From Chiloscyllium plagiosum (Eukaryota): a DNA stretch of 64,000 bases. The notes below the pieces were generated by a model. That model saw only the letters and a program-made list of their open reading frames with translations, did not search any database and had not been told where the DNA came from. The translations under genes and the position numbers were made by a program. This document shows, one piece after another, positions 51,495-62,039 of the stretch (positions are counted from its first letter, which is position 1; each line of letters starts with the position of its first letter). Location of the stretch: assembly GCF_004010195.1 (NCBI RefSeq), contig NC_057720.1, positions 56,467,165 through 56,531,164 of the forward strand, in the 5' to 3' direction.

Positions 51495-52220
51495 TGTTGA
51501 AGTAATTTTTCCACAAATCTAGATGACACAAGTTTCAGTACAATGGCAGGTACTTTAGTATCGGAGAGCCGGTGAGAGATTCTCAGTGACACCAAAGGAG
51601 TTGTGTAGCCTACTTGTAGTGGCACTTCTCAACGAATCTCTGCTTTACACACAAAGGTAGGATATTCCATAGGAATAATACAGAGGCCGACAAGTCACAT
51701 GGTCAATTGCTGTTACATTGTTTAAGACAGGTAATTACAATTTTACAATGCCCGGTGATTGCCGATTTCCTGTGATGACTAGCGAATGGTTTACAGAGAC
51801 TGGTTATCGTATTCTTCATAATTATATGTTGATGGATAGAGATTTAGACAGAAGGCCTTTGCTTTGTTCTCATTGTTGGATTCACATGCCCATGTTAATA
51901 GGCAGGGTAAGCATGGTAATTGGAACAGGAGGCAATTAATAAGGTTATGGCCAAGGCAAGCAGTCTTGTCCAGGGAGGACAAACACCTTTGCCTGAGGCT
52001 GCAAGTGAAATCCACATGTGTGGCTCCAGAGGATTCTATTCTTTGGGAGTCAGCCAGCCCCCTGCTGTGATATCCCCTGTCATTCTGTAAGAGGACAGGC
52101 ATCAATCGTTACTGCAGTGAGTTCTTTCAGCAGTGGAATGCTTAACACTTGAGTTCCCAATTTATCATGACAAAGAAGTAAAAATGGAACTTATTCTTTT
52201 GTGGCTTTCTAACTTCCTCA
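51495..52220 (-). repeat. ERV 3' LTR (726 bp)
   Basis: Direct repeat of 59669-60387; minus strand begins TGAGG and ends AACA; preceded by the PPT. Confidence 0.95.
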
Positions 52221-52229
52221 TTCCCTCCT
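52221..52229 (-). promoter_or_regulatory. Polypurine tract (AGGAGGGAA)
   Basis: Purine run immediately 5' of the 3' LTR on the minus strand. Confidence 0.8.
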
Positions 52230-52259
52230 ATTGATCATTCGATGATCAACCAAGTGCCC

Positions 52260-53478
52260 TCAGAGCCTACAACAAAAACACTCGGACAATAGTGGCCATA
52301 TGCACCAGAGCACTGGAATGCAGGTGATTACAGTTAGCATTGTAATTCCAGTATGCAGCAGCAGGCCTCCCCGTGCTCCAAGAATGTCCCCTAGTGGCCA
52401 CCCCTCCTTGTCATTGCTGAACCCAGTACCAATATTTGATGAGTCTGGATTTCCCCTGTGATGTGTTTAGAGAGGTGAGTGATGTTAGTGGACTCGTCTG
52501 CAACATTCTGCCCCAACAATAGCACAAGTACCATCCTCCTTGGCTAGCAGGAAGTCTAGGGCCAAACAATTCTGGAGGGCCACAGTTATAACTGCAAGTA
52601 GCTCTGTGTTAATTTCAGTTGAGGCACTAGCTGTGTCATTGGCGACCCTTTCCCATACGGTCATGAGTTTACTAATTTCTTGGGCATGTAAATAGATTCC
52701 TGTTGGAGGAGAGAACATTCCCATCCAGGTAAGGAAGCCGATGAGGGATCTTTTGGGTATCGGGGTGAAGGTAAATTGTCCAAAACACGAATGCAGGGTA
52801 CAACGTGCCCCTTGTAACACGACCCCCTCCAATAGGAGGGAAGCCAGAGATAGGCTTTCAACTGTAAATAAAATATGTGTCATTGTAAGCTGTTAAGGTG
52901 GAAAGTGCCCGCCCCCCCCCACCCCACAACCTGGGAGCAGGGTTATTCCAGAGGCAGCCTGATCTTCTGTTTGGGACAGCAGACCAATCAAATACAAAGT
53001 AGCCATATTTTGTTAGGTTCTGAACAGGTTCGACCCAGGGGGTAGCAAAACAGCACTTCCTCGTCCCGACCTAAGTACCTTTACAGGGTTTCCCTTCCCA
53101 CCTGAAACAAATGATGTAGTTGATGGTGTTGCTGAGAACGACAAGGGGTAGGGGGGCAGGGGAGGTCTATGTGATTGGTTGTAATTAGGGCAATAACAAT
53201 CCCTGAATAAGGTCAGGTTATACCCTGCCGGCTGCCATTCCCATGCATCATCAGTGTTAGCAAGATCACAAGCAAAAAGGTACGGGCCACAACGGGATTC
53301 GCCCCCGAGTGGGGTGGCATGGGCACATTCCCAGCAGGGGGCATCTCTCCCCATTACATGGGCTGTCTGGTAGGGCCAGATGCAAAAAGTTGTTATGCAT
53401 AGGGGTGTCAGTTTGAAATACATCTGTTCTCAAGGCCCCATTTCCCAAAGTCACCAAAGTCACAAATATAGAAAACAT
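52260..53478 (-). pseudogene. env: Retroviral env, gamma-type (SU and TM), frameshifted
   Basis: Signal-like MFSIFVTLVTLGNG; CWEC (CxxC); IPKR/SLIGFLTWMGMF cleavage and fusion region; ISD LQNCLALDFLLAKEDGTC; CX6CC (CAIVGAECC); hydrophobic anchor LLLHTGITMLTVITCIPVLWCIW. Confidence 0.92.
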
Positions 53479-54560
53479 CTTTGTCCTTATCAGTGTTTGT
53501 TTCTGCGCTGATTCTTTTGGAGTCAGTTTTGTGTATCCACTGGGGCTACCCTTGTATCTTCACAGCCGTGGGAGTGGTCAGCCGCATCTGAAACGGTCCT
53601 TTCCATCTTGGTCCCAGTTTCTTTCATTCCCAGTCCTTTATCAGGATGAAGTCCCCCGGTTTGGCAGCGGGGTGGTCCCCCTCAGACAGATCGTCACTCT
53701 CTCGGTAAGCCTGGCATACCTGTGAATCTAAACATGGGGAGAGATTTGGTTAAGCCCCCTGCAGGTATGGCCTCACCTCCTGTCCCAGGCTGTTCTTATC
53801 TAGTCTTTCGGGGAGTGGGGATCGGACTATCCCAGGGTCCTTGAGGTCCTCATGGATTTCCCATAACCCACTTCAGCAGGAGACAGACCAGTTTTGCTTA
53901 AAAGGGTAACCTTCATGTGGAACAAGGCCAAGGGTAGGACCTTCAATCAACTTAGGCCTGTTTCCTGTTTTAGTTTTGCCAGCTTTGTTTTTAGGGTACC
54001 ATCTGCTCGTTCCACACTCCAGCCATTTTTGGGTGGTGGGGACAGCGGAATTGTTGTTTTATCACTAGTTCCTGCAAATCCTTGCTTAATTTTAGCCATG
54101 AAGTGTGGCCCATTGTCTGAGCTTATTGTGTCTGGGAGTCCATAGCAGGGAATTATTTCCTGCAATAGTAGTTTTACTGCTGTTGTCGCCATGTTGTCCG
54201 TTGTTGGGATTGCCTCAATCCATTTGCTGAAGACATCTACTTTTACCAAACAATACTTATAACATTGTACTCTGGTAGCTCTATAAAGTCTAGTTGTAAA
54301 CAATTGAAAGGCCCACCAGGCAAGGGGTAGCCCCAGAACTGCAAGGTATCCCCTTTCCAGCATTTTTCTTTTCACAGATCAAGCATGTTTATGCTCGTTT
54401 CTCAGCCGTTTTCTGAAAGTTAGCGTGCCACCAGGTCTGTAGCAAAGTGCTGACCATTCCCTCCTTGCCTAGGTGTGTACAGTTATGTATATAATCTACC
54501 AGGATTGGCAAAAGCCAAGAAGGAACACTGACCTTTCTGGCAGGGGTTATCCACAGTTTG
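53460..54560 (-). pseudogene. pol: pol: integrase (HHCC, DDE, GPY/F)
   Basis: IHNCTHLG...TCLIC; LQLDFIELP; VDVFSKWIEAIPT; ISSDNGPHF; VERADGTLK; KPGDFILIK...PRWKGPF...PTAVK...WIH. Confidence 0.95.
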
Positions 54561-54729
54561 GTATGAGCATCAAGGGTGCACCCCATCTGTGACCCACAGT
54601 CTGTGCTCCTCTGTAGGGGCGTCCTCTGTAAATGATGTATCTCACCCAGGTCTGGCATTTCTGCCCTTATTCTTTTTGTGACTCTGTGTTGCTGGGAACC
54701 CAATGGGACCAGGAAAGTGAGGTTTAAGG

Positions 54730-55145
54730 CTGCCTACTTGGCGGCAGCATCTGCTTATGCATTGCCCTTGAAGATTCTGTCAGCAGCACCAGTCAGGGCT
54801 GAGCATTTGATCACCGCTAGGCTGGATAGTAACCATAAGGCCTGTAAGAGATTATGCACAGAAACATTGTTACTAATGGGTTGGGCTGTGGAGGTTAAAA
54901 ATCCCCTATGTTCTCCTAGGGCACTGTAACCATGGGCAACGCCAAAGGCATAGTGAGAGTCAGTATAAACATTGGTCGAACTCCCTTCTGCTAGGATGCA
55001 AGCCCAAGTGAGGACAAACAATTCAGCTTTCTGTGCTGACTGTGGAGTTTCAAAGCCTGCACGAATCTGTAGCGATTGCGTATCCAGAGCATCGCTGACC
55101 TGTGTGTGAAATAAAAGAGATGCATCCACATAAAAAGTCAAATTC
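54730..55145 (-). pseudogene. pol: pol: RNase H
   Basis: TFYVDAS; SAQKAELFVLTWAC; NVYTDSHYAFGVAH; AVIKCSA...GNA*ADAAAK. Confidence 0.95.
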
Positions 55146-55149
55146 ACAC

Positions 55150-56620
55150 ACTCAAGGGGTAGATCAGCTAAATCGCCACAAGCAGAGGTGAAAAGGTGAT
55201 TCTGTAGCAGGCAGTCATGTCCAGGAGATGAGAGGTGCTGTGGGGGGTTCCATCAGGAAGGTTGCCAGATTCAGGGTGGTGCAATGAGAGGAGGTCAGTA
55301 GTGGGTTGTTCAGTGGGGCTGCTTCGTATTTGTTCTGGCCTATGCCTGTGTTAAATGTTGAGTCTCCAGGGAGGTGAGAAGGTCAACAACGGAGTGTGTG
55401 GTTAGAACCCCCACCGGCTGGTGTAGAGTGATGTTTGAGGCAGCTGATACGAGGACACATAGGGCAGGAAGTACCAGTGAGCAGGACGGGACCCAGCTGC
55501 TACTTGGTCCAGTTTGGTTGAACAGTATGCCACCAGCCGTTTCCTGTCTGTGTGACTTTGGGTGAGGACAGCTGTGGCACATCCATCCTTAATGGTGACA
55601 TACAGTTGGAACGGTCGATCGTACAGGGGTCGGCCTAGGGCTGGGGCTTGTAGAAGGCTGTTCTTCAATTCTGTGAAGGCCATCAGTTGCTCAGCTGTAA
55701 GGGTGAAGCTGGGGGGCGGGGAGGGGCATTGTTTGATGCCAGTGGAGTCAGGTAGGTGAGTGCAGAGGGCGACTTTTGGAATCCATTGCCTACAGAAATT
55801 TACAAGTCCGAGGAAGGCTCGCATCTGTTTAGGGATCGTAGGCAGTGGGGTCTCAGCAATGGGTCAAATGCATTCTTCTGTCAATTTCTGTTCCCCTGCA
55901 GAGAGGAGAAGTCCCAAAAACTTTACTTCATTCTGACAGTGCTTTACCTTATGGGGCAGAACCACGTACCCAAGGGAGTGTAAAAAATTCAGCAGTACTG
56001 AGATGTCGCTCTCACAGTTAGATAGGCTGCTACATGCAACAAGCAGGTCGTCTACATATTGGACAACTGTCGATCCTTGTGGGAAATCCAAGGTCTGTAA
56101 CTGACTGTGGAGGGTTTGTGAGAATAGAGTTGGAGAGTGAACAAACCCCGGGGCAGGCAGGTCCGGGTATACTGCTGGCTCTGTTGGTGAAGGCAAATAA
56201 ATATTGAGATTCAGGATGTAGCGGGACGGAAAAGAATTCTTGTTGTCGGTCAATGATGGTAAAAATGCAGGCATTGGTGGGTATGCAGCTTAATATGGTA
56301 GCGGGTTCAGGAAAAGAGGGTGTAAGGGTGCCATGATCTCATTGATCTTCCTCAGATCCTGCACTAGTCTCCAGTCCCATCAGCCTGGTTTGGGAACCGG
56401 AAAGATCGGGGTGTTGCAAGGTGATTTGCACAAAACCAGAATACCCTGTGCCAGGAAAGAGTTAATGAGGGTCCGGATTCCTTGTTCTGCCTCTGGTTTA
56501 ATGGGATACTATGGGAATGGGGGGCAGACACTGGTTGGCTTTTAATTTTATTTGCACCGGAGGACAAAGGGTATATCCAACTTCATGGTTAGACGCAGCC
56601 CACAACTCGGGTTCAATGCC
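55150..56620 (-). pseudogene. pol: pol: reverse transcriptase and connection domain
   Basis: LWAASNHEVG..PVQIKLK; SPCNTPIFPVPKP..WRLVQDLRKIN; SQYLFAFT; PGFVHSPTLF; QYVDDLLVA (YVDD at 56047-56058); FLGLVNFCRQWIP; APALGRP..DRPFQLYV. Confidence 0.96.
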
Positions 56621-56749
56621 CCTGGTTGGGTCTACAGATGCTGTGTGGCAGGTCAGGATGCTGACCTTCCGCTGTGGGGATTCCCAGCATTTCAAACGGC
56701 CCTCTGTGAAGTGTTACCATAGTCCCCTAGTGTCACAAGTGAGCTGTGT

Positions 56750-57050
56750 CAGGGTATAGGCAAGGTGGCCCATGTCTTAAAATTTATTCCGTGGGCCAAC
56801 GGTTCGAGTGATGTGTGGGACTACCAGCCCTGTTTGCTGCCACAGGTAGTGTGTGATCTGAACAAGATATGCAGAGCCATCCTTACCTTCAACCTCATCG
56901 ACAACCGAAACGGAGAACTCCATGCCCTCAAATGGAGTGTAATACTGGCTGTGGAGCATCCAGTGGAGTCATAGAAAACTGTCGCATGGGGGTCCAGTGT
57001 TGGGAACAGCGGTGCGATGGAAATGCATTCAATGTTGAGCCCTCACCATG
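56750..57050 (-). pseudogene. Putative 2H phosphoesterase domain inserted between protease and RT
   Basis: Hand translation gives PHATVFYD (H-A-T at 56980-56988) and VVPHITRTVG...DMG (H-I-T at 56807-56815), separated by a beta-strand-like segment and one frameshift. Confidence 0.6.
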
Positions 57051-57129
57051 GGGGACCGCAAATTGAGGATATTGCGTTTGGCCCTGTAGTCCACTGTTAT
57101 GCCATCATCTGCACAGGTGATCTCGATTC

Positions 57130-57412
57130 CTAAGGGCAAAGCAGATCCCGCCCTGCCAAGTTCCGTCTGATTTTAGCAGTCACTGTGAAGGAAATCGAGC
57201 AGGCTCTTCCACAGAACTCAACGTTCAGCAGAACGGTTTTAGGATATATGCTGCTTGTTCCTTCAAACCTTGCAAGGGTCACGGTCTCACCTGGTAGCTG
57301 CAATCCCTTACCCCTCACAACTTCCTGATTGAGAGCGGAATTGGTTGCACCGTATCAATCATTAATAGGATTGGAGTTCCAGCTATCTGTAAGGTAATGT
57401 TGGGCTCTGCTG
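57130..57412 (-). pseudogene. pro: Retroviral aspartic protease
   Basis: AEPNITLQIAGTPILLMIDT/GATNSAL (DTG broken by a 1-nt deletion at about 57350); C-terminal NLAGRDLL. Confidence 0.9.
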
Positions 57413-57469
57413 GGGGGGGTCGCAGGAGCGGTGCGGCATGCTGACGACTGGAAGGTACCCATTTGGAAA

Positions 57470-59236
57470 TCAGCTGAATGGATTGTTAGAGGTGAAAGGA
57501 GTCCAGGGGTGGCAAATCTGGACATGGGTTGTCAGGTGCCAGGTGAAAAGGGCATTCAGCCTTCCAGTGACCGTGTTTCCCACAGTTGAAACACTGGCCT
57601 GGCTGACTCACTGGGTATCGACCCCGTCTTCACTTCGTCCAAGGTACATCAGGGGACACTCCTGTTCCCTTCTCCAAGGTCCCCGTAGGGAAAGGAGATT
57701 TGGTGGGACCAATATCTGGGGGAGAGATTGTGCCTAGGGTGTATCCAGCTTTCCCTGAAATTTGGTAGTACTGCCTGGGGGTGGGTTGTGATCATGGGAA
57801 AGCTGAATGAACTCTGTTTTTGGGTGGGTTTTAGAATATGGTTTGGGGTCATTCTGGCCTTCCCAGTAATAAAGAAGGGCTCTTCTCATCTGGGACCTAG
57901 TGTTTTCAGACCAGTCCATGTTATTCGTGCGTATAATGTCAGCTAGATTTGAGGGGACACCTTGTAGAACTATTGAATTAAACAATGGCGAGTCCTTCCC
58001 AGAGTTAAAAACTTGATCCCCAGCAAAGGTCCTATACCAAGCAACAAATCTCTCCCAGAAGTTCCTCCTGGACTCTCTCACCTTGGGTCTGCAGTCTCAG
58101 ACTTTGCTAATGTTGATAAGCTGTTACAGGGCACGCTCTAATTGCTGGACAATTTGGTTCACTTGAGTGTTCTCTTTGAATCAGTCGCTTAAGTCCTCAT
58201 AAGTGTGGACAGGGCTTTTTCTGTCACTCTCACCTATCTGTTCCTGCCACTTAGTAACTTCTGGTGACCAGACCATGCAACAAAGGGCAAACAGATCCCA
58301 GGGTGTTGCATTATACATTTGGAAGGTGCGCTGGATGCACAGGACAAATGGTGGCAGGCTTATCTTTATAGTCTGGCACCTGATTCATTTTCACGATCAT
58401 CTCTTGGGATTTCCACAGGACTTAAACCCCGATAGTTGGCGGCTACTCTTCCTCTTCTGCTTTGGGGTTTGGTAGCTGCTTGATGCGGAACATAGTTTAG
58501 GGGTTGATGTGGAGATGGTGAACTCCAGTGCAAATGTCACAGGTTGCCTCTGATTTCCCAAAGCGCATTTTAACCCGATCGGCTATACAAGATCTTTCGG
58601 GACTCGGGAACGGCGGCGGGTAGGGGGTCAGGGGTGTTTCAGCTGGTGGTTTCGATGCACTGGGATAGCATCGCCATTCTTCCTTCATCTCCGTGTCATT
58701 CCCTCCCTCCTCAAACAGGGTCGGTATGCTAGACCTGAGCTTAGGATCCCAAGAAGTGCTCACCTTCTCCTTGCAGCACTGCTGCTTTAACCCCTCTAGT
58801 TTATCTTCCCCAGCTTTGGCCTTTTTGCACTATTCATCCTGTTCCCTTTTTTTATTTACCATCCACCCATGCACATTCAGCCTTCAGCGCCTCCCAATTC
58901 TTGGGAGTCCCATCCGTTGTTAACACCTTTATTTCCCTGTCACAAGCATCATTTCTCCAGCTGGATAGTAAGGCATCCTGCCAATTGTTGTCGGCCCTCA
59001 CTTTCTATTCCTTAATAATGGATTTCCACCTTTTACCAGTTTCTCTTCCAAATCAGGTTCACCGCTTGCTCACAGGCACCCACATCCCAAGGTCCCCCCA
59101 GAGGCCAAATTTTGTCCCCAAGATGTTTGTGCAGTGCTGCACTTATTTTCTCCATGTCTTTTTCGTAATTAGGTAAATATTCGCACATGCTTTGAAGGGG
59201 GATCCCCTTCCCATCCACATCAAATGATTGTCCCAT
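57470..59236 (-). pseudogene. gag: Retroviral gag (MA, CA, NC)
   Basis: MGQ start at 59236; MA motif IWPLGG; Pro-rich TPYPPPF; MHR-like RESRRNFWERF; one zinc knuckle [14 protein letters not shown] at 57552-57593. The 3' end is uncertain. Confidence 0.9.
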
Positions 59237-59464
59237 TATATCTCTTTGCTCTAATATGAACAAATTTCCACTGGCTGTACTAATACCGTGGGGTGAGAAA
59301 TTTACCAAACTATATATATATATACACACACCTTTGCTATGTATATATATTTTATATTAATTTCCACTGGCCAGATTCAGAAGAGGCAGCTCCCAAACCC
59401 GAACTCGCACAATACAGAGTAGCCACTATCACTCCGCAGCAATTTAGAACAACTGGTCAATCTT

Positions 59465-59473
59465 TCTTACCTT
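59465..59473 (-). promoter_or_regulatory. Candidate major splice donor in the ERV leader
   Basis: AAG|GTAAGA on the minus strand between the PBS and the gag ATG. Confidence 0.5.
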
Positions 59474-59648
59474 ACAAGCTGGGTCCGGTTGGTTCACGCA
59501 ACCTCTTCAAGGTACCAGTTCCACAGGGCGAGGGACAGATCACAAGGAGCAGTCTGGGGTAAAATACCTTGTGGTGCCCTTACAGCTTGGTTCTGTCCAA
59601 TTCAGATTTTCCTGTCACTCAGCCCCGTGAGACGTTCCCTATGTTGAG

Positions 59649-59666
59649 GTCTGAGTCACAGCACCA
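59649..59666 (-). promoter_or_regulatory. Primer-binding site, tRNA-His
   Basis: TGGTGCTGTGACTCAGAC, 2 nt after the 5' LTR; 15/18 match to the tRNA-His PBS TGGTGCCGTGACTCGGAT, with two of the differences being CpG transitions. Confidence 0.88.
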
Positions 59667-59668
59667 AA

Positions 59669-60387
59669 TGTTGGAGTAATTCTTTCACAAATCCAGATGG
59701 CACAAGTTTCGGTACAACGGCAGGTGCTTTATTATCAGAGAGCCGGTGAGAGATTCACCGTGACACCAAAGGAGTCGTGTAGCCTACTTGTGGTGGCACT
59801 TCTCAACGAATCTCTGCTCTACACACAAAGGCAGGATATCTTATAGGAATAATAGGGGCCGACAAGCCATATGGTCAATTGCTGTTACATTGATTAAGAC
59901 AGGTAATTTTACAATGCTCGATGATTGCCAATTTCCTATGATAACTAGTGAATGGTTTACGGGGACTGGCTATTGTATTCATCATAATCATATGTTAATG
60001 GATAGAGATTGAGACAGAAGGACTTTGCTTTGTTCTCATTGTTGGATTCAAATGCCCATGTTAACAGGTAGGGGGTGCATGATAATCGGAACAGGAGGCA
60101 GTTAATAAGGTTATGGCCAAGGCAAACAGTCTTGTCCAGAGAGGACAAACACCTTTGCCTGAGGCTGCAAGTAAAACCCACATGTATGACTCCAGAGGAT
60201 TCTGTTCTCTGGGAGTCAGCCAGCCCCCCTACTGTGATATCCTGTTTCATTCTGTAAGAGGACAGGCATCGATCGATACTGCAGTGAGTCCTTTCAGCAG
60301 TGGAATGTTAAACCCTTGAGTTCCCAATATGTCATGAAAAAGAAGTAAAAATGGAACTTATTCTTTTGTGGCTTTCTAACTTGGTCA
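59669..60387 (-). repeat. ERV 5' LTR (719 bp)
   Basis: Minus strand begins TGACC and ends AACA; TATAAGA at 59839-59845 and AATAAA at 59728-59733. Confidence 0.95.
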
Positions 60388-60590
60388 GCATGAAGTGAGT
60401 AATAACATACCAGATGAAACAAAGTGTTGAATTTGAAATTGTCTACTTTGGTAGAAAAAGTAAAATATCAGAATATTTTTGTGTCGTGGAAGACTGGAAA
60501 TGTTGGCAGAAGGACTTTGGTGTGCTTGTATATTAATAACAGAAAATACAGCAATCAGAAGAGAAAATAGTTTATTAGATTTATTCTGCA
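60388..60590 (+). mobile_element. Old CR1 fragment split by the ERV (other half at about 51400-51494)
   Basis: The left flank encodes KRLQRDIDKLH; the right flank continues with ...EIVYFGRKSK...KDFGVLV, the usual next part of CR1 RT. Confidence 0.7.
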
Positions 60591-61679
60591 GATATGATCC
60601 AACCAGAGCATTTTACAGTTGACACATAACTCCAACCTCCTTTATCGTACCCCTCTTGCTAGAACTGTATATTCATAAAACAAGCTTTTCATGATCGTTT
60701 TCAAATAAAATACTAATCCTAAACACTTAGCAAATAACAATCTTAAGATTTTCAGTATTTACTTCCTAACTGGGAGCCATGCATGTTAGGATGTGACCCA
60801 CACACCACCCCAAAGGTGAGATAATGGATGGGTTCTCCTGCCAATCAGTTCTTTAAGAACTGACAGTCAATTGAGTGAGTATTTCACAATTCCAGAGGCC
60901 TCAACACACACTTAGGCTGCAGGCAGCTGGAGACATGGCCAGCAACGGTACAGTGATTAAAATCAGGGATGCACAAGAGGCTAGAATTAGAATGGAGATC
61001 TGAGGATTGCTATCAAGGCCTTGTGTCTCATTGAAGTTTAAAAGAATGAATGACTGATCTCTGAATCTGAACTAGAACTGCTAGATTGTACAAAGTCAGA
61101 GGATAACATCTGGCTTTTTTTAGTAAAACAGAGATCATATCCTATTCAGATAAGTATGCAAGTTATGTGGCACTTCCTGTTTTCCTGCAGAATTGATCAT
61201 GTTTTACTCACTTTTATTTCTGATATATTACAACATTCCTTTTTATGGATCTTTATCTCCTCTCTTAAAACTCTTCTGCTATCTCAGTATTCCGTGCACG
61301 GTGCTCATTTGTAGAAATTTAGCTCCCCTGGGTTGTTTATATGTGAACCAAATGTCCAGCAAAAGCAGTTAATGCTGTGTCAATAACCTCCTGTAAAAGG
61401 ATGCTGGAAAAGTGCCTGGTTTCTAACAGAACTAAAATTTATTGGGATGAACGTAGACAAAGAGGATCAAATGCTCAATGACACACAGTGGTTTCCTGGG
61501 CTGCTGGGACTGTGGGAAAGGTGCGTGGGAACCAACACGCAGTATTGAATTATGTGTAAATGTTAATAATGTAAAACTTAAATTCTCATTGTTAAGAATA
61601 AATTATGCTGATGTTTTCCTGAGATTATGTTTGGTACCATCTAAGAATGCAAATTGGGCTATATCTTGATTGGCATGAG

Positions 61680-62026
61680 AGGGGAGGTGACTGCCTAGTG
61701 GTATTATCACTGGACTATTTATTCAGAGACACAGGTAATGCTCTGGAGACAAGGGTTTGAATCCCAGTGCAGATGTTGGAATTTGAATTCAATTTAAAAA
61801 ACCTAAAATTAAGAGCCTACTGATGATCATAAATCCATTGTCATTTGATGTAAAAACTCATCTGGTTCACTAACACCCTTTAGGGAAGAAAACTGCCATT
61901 CTTATTGGTTGGCCTACATGTGACTCCAGGTCAACACCCTTAGTTGTCCTCTAGGCAATTTGGGACAGGTAATAAATGCTGGCTTTTAGCCAGTGATGGC
62001 CTCATTCTGTGAATGAATTAAAAAAC
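61680..62026 (+). mobile_element. Meta-like tRNA SINE, near full length
   Basis: gcctagtggtattatcactggact head; B box gggtttgaatccc; catctggttcactaacaccctttagggaagaaaactgcc; tail taataaatgctggc. Confidence 0.75.
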
Positions 62027-62039
62027 TCCACTTTTAATA

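Larger units (their letters stand above)
51495..60387 (-). mobile_element. Full-length degraded endogenous retrovirus (Class I, epsilon-like): LTR-PBS-gag-pro-pol-env-PPT-LTR
   Basis: Two direct repeats of about 720 bp with TG...CA ends on the minus strand; GCAT TSD (51491-51494 and 60388-60391); all retroviral domains in order; many frameshifts and stops. Confidence 0.97.

Noticed and set aside
51718-52105. ORFs within the LTRs (also 59788-60319) as accessory genes
   Set aside because: Start, stop and frame differ between the two LTRs and there is no recognisable domain. A decayed U3 ORF is not excluded but is unsupported.
57410-57500. Gag-pol readthrough or frameshift signal
   Set aside because: Indels, including a C8 run, make the true gag stop and the frame relationship ambiguous.
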